Assembly: GCA_944390685.1 (NCBI GenBank)
Contig: CALXQL010000016.1
Span: forward strand, 17,408 to 81,407
Reading direction: 5' to 3'
From: an uncultured Alphaproteobacteria bacterium
GTDB lineage: Bacteria > Pseudomonadota > Alphaproteobacteria > Rs-D84 > CACZYB01
DNA: 64,000 bases
Below the pieces are notes generated by a model. The model ran no database searches and was not told where the DNA came from. It saw only the letters and a program-made list of their open reading frames with translations. This document shows, piece after piece, positions 1 through 10,510 of the stretch. Within the stretch, counting starts at the first letter, position 1. Every line of letters starts with the position of its first letter. The translations under genes and the position numbers were made by a program.

Positions 1-852
1 GGTATTAGTGTGCCAATTTGGCGTTATTTTTTTCCTCCTGTTTATTTCACTCAAACAAAAGAGTTATTTCCTTCTTGGCCTGTATTTGATTTTTGGGGAA
101 CAATTACTTTGTTTGCTGTTTCTATGACTATGTTAATTTTCCCTAAAATATTAGGAGGAATATTTGTTTCATTTAATGATGCAAAAAGTTTTGGGGGAGT
201 GTTGGGTGTGTGGATTAGTTTTATTTTTGAAACTTTGTTTAGTATTTTGATGGCTCCTATCATGATGCTATTTCAATCAAAGTTTATTTTTGAAATTTTA
301 TTGGGACTTGATTCCGGATGGAAAAGTCAAAATAGAACTGATGAAACATCTTTGTTTATGGCTATAAAAAGACATTGGGTGCATACAATCATTGGTGGGG
401 TTACTATGTTCATTGTTTATAAGTATGCGTTTAATTTATTTTATTGGATTTTACCTATTACTTTGGGACTTATACTTTCTATTCCTTTATCTGTATTTTC
501 ATCAAAGAAATCCATTGGTAAATTATTTAAAAAATTACATATTTTTATTACTCCGGAGGAATTAAAACAACCTGATATTATTTCTTTTACAAATAAGAGT
601 ATTGAATTTTTCAATCCTATTATTGAAAATAAATCAACAATTGAATTATTGAATAATCAATCCTATTTATCTTTGCATATATTTTTATTAAGTTTGAATG
701 ATGTTATGCCGGATTTTTCATTTAAATTGAAAGATGATGTTAAGCAAAAAGTAAAACTTCTTATAAATGGGGATAGTGTTAAATTTTCAAATGATGAAGA
801 AAAATATTTGCTTTATGATGTATCTTTGTTAAAGGAGTTAATTCTCATTTAG
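1..852 (+). CDS. C-terminal part (5'-truncated by the window edge) of a polytopic membrane protein that resembles the glucans-biosynthesis glucosyltransferase OpgH/MdoH C-terminus
   Basis: The reading frame is open from base 1. There are several hydrophobic segments and a motif GWKSQNRTDETSLFMAIKRHW that resembles the conserved GW.SQ.R.D...A.RRH block of OpgH. Confidence 0.4.
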   Translation, partial: GISVPIWRYFFPPVYFTQTKELFPSWPVFDFWGTITLFAVSMTMLIFPKILGGIFVSFNDAKSFGGVLGVWISFIFETLFSILMAPIMMLFQSKFIFEILLGLDSGWKSQNRTDETSLFMAIKRHWVHTIIGGVTMFIVYKYAFNLFYWILPITLGLILSIPLSVFSSKKSIGKLFKKLHIFITPEELKQPDIISFTNKSIEFFNPIIENKSTIELLNNQSYLSLHIFLLSLNDVMPDFSFKLKDDVKQKVKLLINGDSVKFSNDEEKYLLYDVSLLKELILI

Positions 853-921
853 TTTTTAGGCTTGCTTATCTCATATTTATATTATAATATTTTTATTGTT
901 TAACTAATATAGGAGTTAATT

Positions 922-1800
922 ATGGTAAAAGTTATTAAAAATAATAATGATGAATATAAATTACTTCATCAAAAATCTATTATAAAAAGAATTGCTTCTT
1001 TATTTAATATTTGTTGGGTATTGTTAATTGTCATACCTTTACAATATTTTATTTATACTAATTCAAATTCAATTAAAGAATTTGTAGTTGTAAAAGGAGT
1101 ATATGAAGCAAATAGTGCTTTGTTGGATCAATATACAGACCTTTCAAATAATTTAGTTTCTAAAATAAATATCAATAAGTATACAAGTAAAATAAAAATT
1201 CCTGAAATTAAATTAGATGCTATTGAAGATGCGACAAGTAAAGTTAATAAAACCGCTTCTATCGCTTCAAAGTTTGGTATTAAAGGAGCTGATAAGGTGG
1301 TAGATACTACTTCTCAACTTCAAGCTCAAGTGGATAAAATAAATAATCAAATTAAGACAGAAACTGCCAATTTAACAAAAACTTTGGAAAGTGATATCAA
1401 TAAGGCTTTGAAAGAAGAACTTAATAATCTTGCAACTTCTTCTATGCAAAAACAATTAGGTTTATCTGAGAAAGCTTATAAGAATCTTCTTGCTGGACGT
1501 TATGGCATTATGAGTGAAGCTCAAAGAAATGCAACAAAATCTATTTATAAAGAATTTGAAGTTTCTAAAAAAGATACTATCAAAGATGTGATTTCTATGA
1601 TTAACAAATATTTTGTTTGGTTTACTTTGGCTGTTATGTTAATTGTTTTTGTTGTGTCTTTGATTCCAGTTTATTTTGTTATGAAATTTTCAAAATTATT
1701 TACAAAGAATTTTAATAAATGCCCTTATTGTGGTAAGGTGTATTTAGCAAAACTTAATAAATTAAGTTTGCTTGGAATTTTCAAATTTTGGAATAAATAA
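922..1800 (+). CDS. hypothetical coiled-coil protein with a C-terminal TM helix and a CPYCG zinc-ribbon-like motif
   Basis: ORF of 292 aa preceded by an AGGAG RBS. It has a long K/E-rich predicted helical region, a hydrophobic stretch (FVWFTLAVMLIVFVVSLIPVYFV) and a CxxC motif. Confidence 0.5.
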   Translation: MVKVIKNNNDEYKLLHQKSIIKRIASLFNICWVLLIVIPLQYFIYTNSNSIKEFVVVKGVYEANSALLDQYTDLSNNLVSKININKYTSKIKIPEIKLDAIEDATSKVNKTASIASKFGIKGADKVVDTTSQLQAQVDKINNQIKTETANLTKTLESDINKALKEELNNLATSSMQKQLGLSEKAYKNLLAGRYGIMSEAQRNATKSIYKEFEVSKKDTIKDVISMINKYFVWFTLAVMLIVFVVSLIPVYFVMKFSKLFTKNFNKCPYCGKVYLAKLNKLSLLGIFKFWNK

Positions 1801-1810
1801 AAAATAATAA

Positions 1811-1838
1811 AAGGGCTTTTTATAAGCCCTTTTTTAAT
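1811..1838. terminator. bidirectional rho-independent terminator hairpin (AAGGGCTT-loop-AAGCCCTT followed by a T-run)
   Basis: A perfect 8-bp inverted repeat flanked by A/T runs lies between convergent genes. Confidence 0.5.
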
Positions 1839-2196
1839 GAGTTCTTCCATATATATCTTCGTATCGTTTTATATCATTTTCATCAAGTGTTTCACCAATT
1901 TGAATTTCAATGAAAGTTAATGGTTTATTTTCTTTATTTTCAATTCTATGTTTTGCTTTTAATGGAATATAAATTTCTTCATCGGGAGATTTTTCTATTA
2001 TTTTATCATCTAATGTTATAGTTGCTTTCCCATTTACTATTATCCAATGTTCTGTCCTATAATCATGAGATTGTAAAGATAGTTTTCCGTTTGGGTTAAC
2101 ATCAATTTTTTTTATACAATAATTGGAACCAACTTCTATTACTTCCCATTTTCCCCATGGGCGAATATCACTGCTTCCTTTTTTATAATTATTCAT
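1834..2196 (-). CDS. cupin-domain protein of the mannose-6-phosphate isomerase type II / ManC C-terminal cupin type
   Basis: 120 aa with a cupin-2 signature (WGKWEV...SLQSHDYRTEHWIIVNGKATI). Confidence 0.5.
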   Translation of the reverse strand: MNNYKKGSSDIRPWGKWEVIEVGSNYCIKKIDVNPNGKLSLQSHDYRTEHWIIVNGKATITLDDKIIEKSPDEEIYIPLKAKHRIENKENKPLTFIEIQIGETLDENDIKRYEDIYGRTH

Positions 2197-2210
2197 TTTT
2201 TCTCCTATTT

Positions 2211-4025
2211 TTATTCTACGGTTACGGATTTTGCTAAATTTCTTGGTTGATCTACATCTTTACCAAGAAAGTTTGCGATATAGTATGCAATTAATTGTAG
2301 AGGAATGCAAGTTATAAGTGGTGAGACATTTTCACTTATTTCTGGAATTTGTATTATATAATCAAATAAGTTCGTTAATGTTTCATCATTTGATGAGGTA
2401 ATGGCTATTAGTTTTGCCTTCCTTGCCTTTGCTTCTTGACAATTTGATATTAGTTTATCATAGGTTATATGATTTGGTATTAAAATAGCAATTAAAGGTA
2501 TGTTTTCGTCAAGTAATGCAATTGGTCCGTGTTTTAATTCTCCGGCGGGATAAGCTGTAGCATTTATATAACTTATTTCCTTTAATTTTAAAGCTCCTTC
2601 CATTGATGAGCCTATGTTGGTTCCTCTACTTATAAATATAAAATCTTTATAAGCACTTAATTTAATTGCTATATTTTCAATTATGTTTGTGTTATTTAAA
2701 ATTTGTTCCATTTTATTTGGAATTTCATTTAAGTGTGATTTTAATTCTTTTGTTTTTATATCATTTTTATTTTCAAGTTCACTTAAATGTATTGACAATA
2801 AATATAATGTTATTAATTGTGCAGTATAAGATTTTGTCGCTGCAACACTTATTTCTATACCTGCGTTTATGGGTAATATATAATCACCATATTTACAAAT
2901 GGAACTATCTTCACGATTGGTAATTATTATTGTTGTTGCATTTTTTTCCTTTGCTTGGCGTAATGCAGTTATTGTATCAGCAGTTTCCCCAGATTGTGAA
3001 ATGCCTATTACCAAACTATTTTTATTTGTTGTATTTTTTCTATATATATATTCACTTGCGCTTTCTGTTTCAACTGGAATTGAAGTTATATCCTCTATTA
3101 TATATTTTGCAATTATTCCAGCATGTAGAGATGTCCCACAAGCAATAATTTTTATATTATTTATATTTGTTGGAAGATTTTTTATTCTTTCTTTTACTAT
3201 ATTTGAATTTATAAGATTTCTTATTATATTTGGTTGTTCATTTATTTCTTTTAACATGAAATGTTTATAACCATCTTTGTTGAGGTTATCTTCTTTTATA
3301 TTCAAAATAGCAATATTCTTATTTATTATATTGTTATTGGAATCATAAACTTTTATATCTTCTTTTGTTATAATTGCTGTTTCATTATCATCAAGATATA
3401 TTACTTTGTTTGTTATGTTTATTATAGCTGGAATATCACTTCCAATTATATTTTCATTATTTCCTTTTCCTATAATTAATGGAGCAAATCGTTTTGTTGC
3501 AATTATTTCGTTTGGGTTATTTTCATTTATTATACAAAGTGCATATGCTCCTTTTAATTGCTTTGTGGCATTTATAACAGCAGTTTTTAAATCTTTTGTT
3601 TGTGTGTATTCGTATCCTATTAAATGAGCAATTACTTCGGTATCCGTTTCTGATTTAAAAATAGCACCTTTTGTAATCAAATCTTCTTTTAATTCTTTAT
3701 AATTTTCTATTATACCATTGTGGACTATTGCAATAGGTGCAAAATTTGTTGTATGAGGGTGGGCATTTATTTCATTTGGTATTCCATGAGTAGCCCATCT
3801 TATATGCCCTATACCAATATTGGAATTGCTCATTTCATTTCTTTTTTCATTTAGTAAATTTATAAGGTTTTGAAGTTTACCTTTTTCTTTATATACTTTT
3901 AATTCTTTATTATTGATGATTGCAATTCCGGCGGAATCATATCCTCTGTATTCCAATCTTTTTAATCCGTTTGTTAGATGTAAAATGCAATTATTATTGC
4001 CAATATAACCTATGATACCGCACAT
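2211..4025 (-). CDS. glmS: glutamine--fructose-6-phosphate aminotransferase
   Basis: It starts MCGIIGYIG (N-terminal nucleophile Cys of the Ntn amidotransferases), carries two SIS domains and is 604 aa long. Confidence 0.95.
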   Translation of the reverse strand: MCGIIGYIGNNNCILHLTNGLKRLEYRGYDSAGIAIINNKELKVYKEKGKLQNLINLLNEKRNEMSNSNIGIGHIRWATHGIPNEINAHPHTTNFAPIAIVHNGIIENYKELKEDLITKGAIFKSETDTEVIAHLIGYEYTQTKDLKTAVINATKQLKGAYALCIINENNPNEIIATKRFAPLIIGKGNNENIIGSDIPAIINITNKVIYLDDNETAIITKEDIKVYDSNNNIINKNIAILNIKEDNLNKDGYKHFMLKEINEQPNIIRNLINSNIVKERIKNLPTNINNIKIIACGTSLHAGIIAKYIIEDITSIPVETESASEYIYRKNTTNKNSLVIGISQSGETADTITALRQAKEKNATTIIITNREDSSICKYGDYILPINAGIEISVAATKSYTAQLITLYLLSIHLSELENKNDIKTKELKSHLNEIPNKMEQILNNTNIIENIAIKLSAYKDFIFISRGTNIGSSMEGALKLKEISYINATAYPAGELKHGPIALLDENIPLIAILIPNHITYDKLISNCQEAKARKAKLIAITSSNDETLTNLFDYIIQIPEISENVSPLITCIPLQLIAYYIANFLGKDVDQPRNLAKSVTVE

Positions 4026-4555
4026 TATATTTCCCCTAATTGTTTTAAAATTTTCATAATTTCTTCTTTGTTACGTGGTTTTAATTCTTTGATAGGTGTG
4101 CCAACATATACGGTCCATGGTTTGAATGGAAAATTTGGTGGAACAAAACTTAATGCACCTATACTTACACCTTCTGGTATATGATTATTTGGCATTATTA
4201 CGGAATTACTTCCTATGCCGGTATATTTTTCCATTGTGACATCGCCTTTTATTTCCTTTACATATGGAACATTGTGGGCAATTAAGTCGTTTACATAATC
4301 ATTGCTTGATAACCATATTCTTACGCCTGCAGCAAGTGATGAATAATCTTTCATTGTGAAAGTGTATTCACCATCTCCTCCGGCAATTGATGTATGTGTT
4401 GCGATTTCGCAATTTGAACCTATTTTACATTTTGATGATATATAGCAAAATTCAGATATTCTTACATTATTTCCAATTTCTAATAATTCAGGTTTTTTTA
4501 TAAATGCGGTTTTACCCAATATAAAATTATTTCCATGTTTGATTTTAGAATCCAT
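4025..4555 (-). CDS. left-handed beta-helix (hexapeptide-repeat) sugar O-/N-acetyltransferase
   Basis: Repeating [LIV]G..[..][LIV] hexapeptide pattern. Its stop overlaps the glmS start, so the two are co-transcribed in the sugar cluster. Confidence 0.55.
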   Translation of the reverse strand: MDSKIKHGNNFILGKTAFIKKPELLEIGNNVRISEFCYISSKCKIGSNCEIATHTSIAGGDGEYTFTMKDYSSLAAGVRIWLSSNDYVNDLIAHNVPYVKEIKGDVTMEKYTGIGSNSVIMPNNHIPEGVSIGALSFVPPNFPFKPWTVYVGTPIKELKPRNKEEIMKILKQLGEI

Positions 4556-4828
4556 ATTCTTCTCCTTTTTATATGGGAAGTGATTATATATCTTTATTTT
4601 AAAAAGACAAAGGTTTTTATTAAAATTATTGTTTTACAATTATTTTGACAATTTATAACTATTTTTATTATTGAATAATTATTTATTTAAAGATTTAGAT
4701 TAATAATTTGTTTAGTTTAAAAATAAATAAAAGAATCTTATATATTGACTTTTAATTTAAAATATCCTATTTTAGAATAATCTGTTTTTATTTAATTTAT
4801 TATTTTAAAAGGAAGTTGTGGAGTTTTT

Positions 4829-5275
4829 ATGAAAACATATTATATAGTATCTGGAGGGTTTGATCCAATACATGAAGGACATGTGGAAAATATACTTGAA
4901 AGTAAAAATAATTCAGATGGTGTTATAGCTCTTGTAAATAGTGATGAATGGCTTTGTCGTAAAAAGGGCAAAAATTTTATGAATTTTCAAACTAGAAGTA
5001 CTGTTGTTGGAGCTATAAAGGGTGTAATTGATGTAATTGCATTTGATGATAGTGATAATTCTGCTTGTGATGGTTTAAGAAAAGTGCGTGAAAAATATCC
5101 AAATGATATATTGGTATTTGCAAAAGGTGGAGACAGAACAGCAGATAATATTCCTGAAATACCTGTATGTAAAGAATTGAATATTGAAATTAAGTATAAT
5201 GTTGGTTTTTCTATTTCTGGACGTCAAAAACCAAACTCATCTTCTTGGATACTTAAAAATTGGGAGTCTAAATAA
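4829..5275 (+). CDS. cytidylyltransferase-fold nucleotidyltransferase (HxGH family; resembles the HldE/RfaE domain II adenylyltransferase)
   Basis: SGGFDPIHEGH nucleotidyltransferase motif; 148 aa. Its stop overlaps the next gene. Confidence 0.5.
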   Translation: MKTYYIVSGGFDPIHEGHVENILESKNNSDGVIALVNSDEWLCRKKGKNFMNFQTRSTVVGAIKGVIDVIAFDDSDNSACDGLRKVREKYPNDILVFAKGGDRTADNIPEIPVCKELNIEIKYNVGFSISGRQKPNSSSWILKNWESK

Positions 5276-5991
5276 TGGCTTTGTATGTTTTTGATATGGA
5301 TGGTACTATAACTCCCCCTAGATTACCTATGGATGTTTCTTTTGCAAAATTATTTTATCCATGGCAATTAAAAAATAAAACTTTTATTGCAACAGGATCT
5401 AATTTCCAAAAAGTTGAAGAACAATTACCTATTAATATTATAAATGCTTTTACTGGAATTTATTATTCTATGGGTAATGCTTATTATTCAAAAGGAAATA
5501 TTGTATATGAAAATAATTTTATTCCAAATGAGGCTTTGATAGAAAAATTAATTAATTATAGGAATAATACTAAATATCCATACACTTTGTTCCCTAATTT
5601 TATAGAACGTAGAATAGGGATGATTAATTTTTCTGTTTTAGGTAGGGATTGTCCTTATGATGAAAGAATAAAATATTATAATTGGGATAATGTTAATAAG
5701 GAAAGAGAAAATATAGTTAATGAACTTCAAAATATTTTCCCTAATTATGATTTTACTATAGGTGGAACTATTTCGATAGATATTACTAATAAAGGTTGTG
5801 GCAAAGGACAGATTGCAGAACGTTTAAGAAATACTTATCCAAATGAAAAAATAATATTTTTTGGAGATAAGACTTTTAAAGGTGGTAATGATTATGAATT
5901 ATCTTTGGCATTATCTTCATTAGATAACACAGAAGTAGTTCAGGTTAATACCCCTGAAGATGTATTAAAATTTTTAGGTATAAAGGAGTAA
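5275..5991 (+). CDS. eukaryotic-type phosphomannomutase (HAD-IIB, PMM family)
   Basis: [11 protein letters not shown] motif I, and a C-terminal [14 protein letters not shown] block that is characteristic of the PMM1/PMM2 family. Confidence 0.6.
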   Translation: MALYVFDMDGTITPPRLPMDVSFAKLFYPWQLKNKTFIATGSNFQKVEEQLPINIINAFTGIYYSMGNAYYSKGNIVYENNFIPNEALIEKLINYRNNTKYPYTLFPNFIERRIGMINFSVLGRDCPYDERIKYYNWDNVNKERENIVNELQNIFPNYDFTIGGTISIDITNKGCGKGQIAERLRNTYPNEKIIFFGDKTFKGGNDYELSLALSSLDNTEVVQVNTPEDVLKFLGIKE

Positions 5992-5993
5992 AA

Positions 5994-7070
5994 ATGAAAA
6001 AAATAGCTTTAATAACAGGTATAACAGGTCAAGATGGATCATATTTAACAGAACTTCTTTTGGAAAAAGGTTATGAAGTTCATGGAATTATTCGTAGAAG
6101 TTCTTGTTATGTGTTTCAAAGAATAGAACATTTAATGAATAATTCATCATTACATTTACATTATGGTGATTTGACAGATTCTGTTAATTTAATTCGTTTG
6201 GTAAAGGAAATTCAACCTGATGAAATTTATAATCTTGGAGCTATGAGCCATGTTAAAATTTCTTGGGATTGTCCAGAATTTACCGCGGAAACTGATGGTA
6301 TTGGAACTCTTCGCTTGCTTGAAGCTATTAGAGTTAATGGTTTGGAGAAAAAAACAAAATTTTATCAAGCATCAACTTCTGAATTATATGGTTTGATACA
6401 AGAACCAATACAATCAGAAACTACACCATTTTATCCTCGTTCACCTTATGGAGTTGCTAAACTTTATGGATATTGGATTACCGTTAATTATAGAGAAAGT
6501 TTTGGTATGTTTGCATGTAATGGTATATTATTTAATCATGAATCTCCTCGTCGTGGTGAAAATTTTGTTACTCGTAAAATCACTTTGGCAGCAACACGTA
6601 TTAAAGAAGGTTTACAAGATTGTTTATATTTAGGCAATTTAGATGCTAAAAGAGATTGGGGTCATGCAAAGGATTATGTGGAAGGAATGTGGAGAATATT
6701 ACAATCAGACAAACCTTCAGATTATGTTCTTTCAACAGGAGTAACAACATCAATTCGTGATTTTGTAAATATGACATTTAAAGAACTTGGTATTGAATTA
6801 GAGTGGTCAGGTGAGGGAGTAAATGAAAAAGCGATAAATAAAGCAACAGGAAAAACTGTTGTTGCAGTAGATCCAGCATTCTTCCGTCCAGCTGAAGTAG
6901 ATTTACTTTTGGGAGATAGTTCAAAAGCAAGAAAAGAACTTAATTGGAAACCACAATATGATTTACAAGCACTTTGTCATGAAATGGTTATGGAAGATTT
7001 GAAACTTGCTAAAAAAGAAAGACTATTAAAAGATAATGGTTTTGAAACTGATACACATTATGCGGAATAA
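5994..7070 (+). CDS. gmd: GDP-mannose 4,6-dehydratase
   Basis: N-terminus [33 protein letters not shown]. It is a 358-aa SDR with the extended Gmd signature. Confidence 0.9.
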   Translation: MKKIALITGITGQDGSYLTELLLEKGYEVHGIIRRSSCYVFQRIEHLMNNSSLHLHYGDLTDSVNLIRLVKEIQPDEIYNLGAMSHVKISWDCPEFTAETDGIGTLRLLEAIRVNGLEKKTKFYQASTSELYGLIQEPIQSETTPFYPRSPYGVAKLYGYWITVNYRESFGMFACNGILFNHESPRRGENFVTRKITLAATRIKEGLQDCLYLGNLDAKRDWGHAKDYVEGMWRILQSDKPSDYVLSTGVTTSIRDFVNMTFKELGIELEWSGEGVNEKAINKATGKTVVAVDPAFFRPAEVDLLLGDSSKARKELNWKPQYDLQALCHEMVMEDLKLAKKERLLKDNGFETDTHYAE

Positions 7071-7082
7071 TAAAGGTGTTAT

Positions 7083-7457
7083 ATGAATAATAAATTATTT
7101 GAATTTTTGGAACCTAATTTTTCATTTTCTGATGAAAGAGGTTTCCTTTATCAATTATGTCGTGATGGCTGGAAACAAGTTAATGTGTCAAAAACTGTGT
7201 CTGGTACTGTGCGTGGTGGGCATTATCATAAAGAGACAAAAGAAGCTTTCTTTATAATAGATGGTGAAATATATGCTACATTAGAAAATGAAGATAATAA
7301 AGAAGAAATTATATTTAAAACAGGAGATTTTTTTCTTATTAATCCTTATGTATTACACTCATTTAAATTTAATAAAGATACTTTGATGGTTGCTCTTTAT
7401 GATATAGGTGTTGAAAAACAAGATGGAACTAAAGATATTTATACTAAGGAGAAATAA
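7083..7457 (+). CDS. cupin-fold sugar-nucleotide ketoisomerase/epimerase (FdtA/WxcM-like)
   Basis: 124-aa cupin with a GGHYH metal/His motif. Sits immediately after gmd. Confidence 0.45.
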   Translation: MNNKLFEFLEPNFSFSDERGFLYQLCRDGWKQVNVSKTVSGTVRGGHYHKETKEAFFIIDGEIYATLENEDNKEEIIFKTGDFFLINPYVLHSFKFNKDTLMVALYDIGVEKQDGTKDIYTKEK

Positions 7458-7458
7458 A

Positions 7459-8334
7459 ATGTTTTTAATTGTTGGTGCAAATGGATTTTTAGGAAGTTAT
7501 TTAATAAAAAATATTTTAGAAATGACTGATGATACAATTTTAGCAACAGATTTAAAATCGTTACCTCAATCTACTGAACGTGTAAATTGGTTTAATTGTG
7601 ATATTACAAGTGATGAAGATCTTATAAAATTGTATGAAGTTACTAAAAATGAAAAATTAAAAGTTTTATTTTTAGCAGCATATCATCATCCAGATTTAGT
7701 TTTAAAAAATCCTAAAATTGCATGGAATGTTAATGTAGTTGCACTTGCAAAATTTTTAGGAATATTTGATAATATTGATGTTCTTTATTATCCATCAACA
7801 GAAGTTGTATATGGTGAAATGGTGGATAAACCTTTTGATGAAAATTCACTTTTACATCCGGTTAGCCGTTATGGTGAGCTTAAAACTGTTGCAGAAAAAA
7901 TGGTAAATATTGCAGGTTTTAATGTTGTCCGTTTTCCTGTTTTAATGGGGCCAAGTTTATTATCTGATAGAAAACATTTTTATGATGAAATTGTAGAAAC
8001 TATTAAAAATGGTGGAACAATGGAAATGTTTTATGATCAAAAACGTTCAATGATTGATTTTGATACAGCAGCTAAAACTGTTGTGCAATTAATAAATACT
8101 CCAGAAGCTCGCAAATATCCAATTGTAAATATTAGTGGAGATGAACCTTTGTCAAAATATGAATTGGGTGTAAGAATTGCTAAAAAATATAATCTTGATG
8201 AAAATAAAATTATACCTATTAGTATTGAAGGTAATAATGGTATTTTTACTGCTAAAAGAGCAAAAGAAACTTTATTAGATAATACATTAGTTAAAAAAAT
8301 TTTGGGATTAAAGGAATTAAAAATAAGGATATAA
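7459..8334 (+). CDS. NAD-dependent epimerase/dehydratase family protein (likely a 4-keto-6-deoxy sugar reductase)
   Basis: N-terminal Rossmann motif MFLIVGANGFLGSYL. The start was chosen at the internal Met, which has better spacing than the track start at 7408. Confidence 0.6.
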   Translation: MFLIVGANGFLGSYLIKNILEMTDDTILATDLKSLPQSTERVNWFNCDITSDEDLIKLYEVTKNEKLKVLFLAAYHHPDLVLKNPKIAWNVNVVALAKFLGIFDNIDVLYYPSTEVVYGEMVDKPFDENSLLHPVSRYGELKTVAEKMVNIAGFNVVRFPVLMGPSLLSDRKHFYDEIVETIKNGGTMEMFYDQKRSMIDFDTAAKTVVQLINTPEARKYPIVNISGDEPLSKYELGVRIAKKYNLDENKIIPISIEGNNGIFTAKRAKETLLDNTLVKKILGLKELKIRI

Positions 8335-8335
8335 A

Positions 8336-9451
8336 ATGATAAATTTAGAACATATACCTGTTTTTTATGAAGGACAAGATGATTTAATTGAAATATTAGC
8401 TACATCTATGGCTAGTGTTTGTTATAATACTAAATCATTTATTGATTTTTATATATTAGATTGTGGAATTTGTGATTTTAATAAAAAACAGTTGGAAACA
8501 TTGAAAGATAAATTTAATAATTTTTCTATTGAATATATTCCAGTTGATTTAAAAAAATTTGAAGGATTAAAAGGATGGGGAAGTGGTAATTATTTAGATT
8601 GTTACTCTAGATTATTAATACCGGATTTAAAAACGAATTTAGATAAAGTTATTTATTTAGATACAGATGTTATAGCATTAGGTGATATAAAAGATTTATA
8701 TGATATTAATTTAGGTGAGTATATTTATGGTGCTGTTCCTGATATAGGTTATGATAAATATTTTCAACAGAATTGTGTTAATAATTTAGGATTAAGTAAA
8801 AAACATATTTATCCAAATGCAGGAGTGCTTTTATTAGATACAAAAAAATGTCGTTCAATTGGCTTTACAGAGAAGATTCTTGAATTAGCTAAAGAAAAAA
8901 AAGATTATATTTTAGTTATTGTTGAAGATTTATTTAGTATGTTTTTTGGGGATAATAATTATAAAATACTAGATAATCGTTTTAATATGACAGATAGAGA
9001 TAATAAAATTAGAGAAATATGTGCACCTAATATTACAAAAGAGTATTTAGATAATGAATGGAAACATGTAGTTATACAACATTTATCTCCAGGAAAAGTT
9101 TGGAAATCTATAAAAAATAATTATAATAATAGAATATTAAAGATGTTTCATTCGTTTTGGTTTTTTGCTAAAATGACTCCTTTTTATGAAGGAATGCAAC
9201 AATCTTTTTTATTTCAAACAAATGAATTAATTGTTTGTAATAATTTAAATTATATATTATCATATTTTAGAAATCCTTTATGGTCTTCAATAAAACTATT
9301 TAATTTTATTACGATATTAAAAGTAAGAAGAAATAAAAATAAAATAATGTATTTTTTATTTAATTTTATTCCATTATTAAAAATAAAGAATAAATTAAAT
9401 AAAACTAAAATATATTTATTTGGATTTATACCTTTGTTAAAAATTAAGTAA
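8336..9451 (+). CDS. glycosyltransferase family 8 (LPS glucosyl/galactosyltransferase-like, WaaJ/RfaJ type) with a C-terminal repeat tail
   Basis: GT8 motifs YLDTDVIALGDI (DxD) and HLSPGK. The C-terminus carries three degenerate LFNFIPLLKIK repeats. Confidence 0.7.
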   Translation: MINLEHIPVFYEGQDDLIEILATSMASVCYNTKSFIDFYILDCGICDFNKKQLETLKDKFNNFSIEYIPVDLKKFEGLKGWGSGNYLDCYSRLLIPDLKTNLDKVIYLDTDVIALGDIKDLYDINLGEYIYGAVPDIGYDKYFQQNCVNNLGLSKKHIYPNAGVLLLDTKKCRSIGFTEKILELAKEKKDYILVIVEDLFSMFFGDNNYKILDNRFNMTDRDNKIREICAPNITKEYLDNEWKHVVIQHLSPGKVWKSIKNNYNNRILKMFHSFWFFAKMTPFYEGMQQSFLFQTNELIVCNNLNYILSYFRNPLWSSIKLFNFITILKVRRNKNKIMYFLFNFIPLLKIKNKLNKTKIYLFGFIPLLKIK

Positions 9452-9466
9452 TGTAAGGAATATTAT

Positions 9467-10510
9467 ATGAATAATAAGTATCAAAAACATATACCAGTTT
9501 TTTATGAAGGCCAAGATGATTTAATAGGTGTTTTAGCTACATCAATAGCTAGTGTTTGTGATAATACGGATGCATTTATAGATTTTTATATTTTAGATTG
9601 TGGAATATCTAAGATAAATAAAAAATTATTAAATAATTTGAAAAATAAATTTGATAATTTATCTATAGAATATATTTATATTGATTTATCTCAATTTAAA
9701 AATTTAACACCTTGGAGAGGAAAATTTTGGGATTGTTATGCAAGATTATTAATACCTGATTTAAAACCAAATTTAAATAAAGCAATTTATTTAGATAGTG
9801 ATGTTATATTACTAGATGATATTGAAAAATTATGGAATGAAAATTTAGATCAATATATTTTTGCTGCTGTTCCTGATATAGGTTATGTTTCTTTTGTTAA
9901 ATATAATGCTATTCATAATTTAGGGATTTCAAAAAATCATATTTATCCTAATGCGGGTGTTTTGTTAATTGATTGTAAAAAATGGAGAAAAAATAATATT
10001 ACAAAAATATTATTTGATATTGCTTATCAATATAGAAAACATATTTATATAATTTGTGAAGATATTTTAAGTATTGCCTTTAATAATAATAATTATAAAG
10101 TTTTAGATAATAGATATAATTTAGCAGATAGAGTTAATGAAATAGTTGATTTATATGATGGTAAGATTTCTAATGACTATATAAATCAAGAGTGGTTAAA
10201 TGGAGTTATACAACATCTTTCTCCGGGTAAACCTTGGAAAATGTTAAAAAATGATTATAATGGTAATACTTTAAAATATTTTAATTTATTTTGGTATTAT
10301 GCTAAAATGACAGAGTTTTATATAGGAATGAAGTGTTCTTTTGATGATTATTTAATTAAAAATATAGATATTAAAAAATCTATAAAAAAGTATAAGTTAT
10401 TTGGTATAATTCCATTTTTAGTTTGTAAAACAAATGGTAGAAAATCTATTATAAAATTATTTAATTTAATTACTATTTTAAAAATAAAAAGGAAAAATAA
10501 TGATATATGA
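9467..10510 (+). CDS. glycosyltransferase family 8 paralog (tandem duplicate of the gene at 8336..9451)
   Basis: The same GT8 motifs (YLDSDVILLDDI, HLSPGKPWK) and the same opening IPVFYEGQDDLI. Confidence 0.7.
   Translation: MNNKYQKHIPVFYEGQDDLIGVLATSIASVCDNTDAFIDFYILDCGISKINKKLLNNLKNKFDNLSIEYIYIDLSQFKNLTPWRGKFWDCYARLLIPDLKPNLNKAIYLDSDVILLDDIEKLWNENLDQYIFAAVPDIGYVSFVKYNAIHNLGISKNHIYPNAGVLLIDCKKWRKNNITKILFDIAYQYRKHIYIICEDILSIAFNNNNYKVLDNRYNLADRVNEIVDLYDGKISNDYINQEWLNGVIQHLSPGKPWKMLKNDYNGNTLKYFNLFWYYAKMTEFYIGMKCSFDDYLIKNIDIKKSIKKYKLFGIIPFLVCKTNGRKSIIKLFNLITILKIKRKNNDI

Noticed and set aside
2666-3627. Several 70-120 aa plus-strand ORFs inside glmS
   Set aside because: They are antisense to a high-confidence conserved gene, with Leu/Phe/Ile-rich low-complexity translations typical of AT-rich antisense frames. 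The same reasoning applies to the ORFs antisense to the RND pumps, tkt, leuS, ftsY, miaA, mrcA, murA, xseA/tsaD, pgk, galE, udg, gmk and lpxI.
4556-4828. Candidate sigma70 promoters (TTGACA at ~4645 and TTGACT at ~4746) in the glmS-cluster divergent intergenic region
   Set aside because: AT-rich sequence gives many chance -10/-35 look-alikes. The spacing and -10 quality are unconvincing without transcript data.
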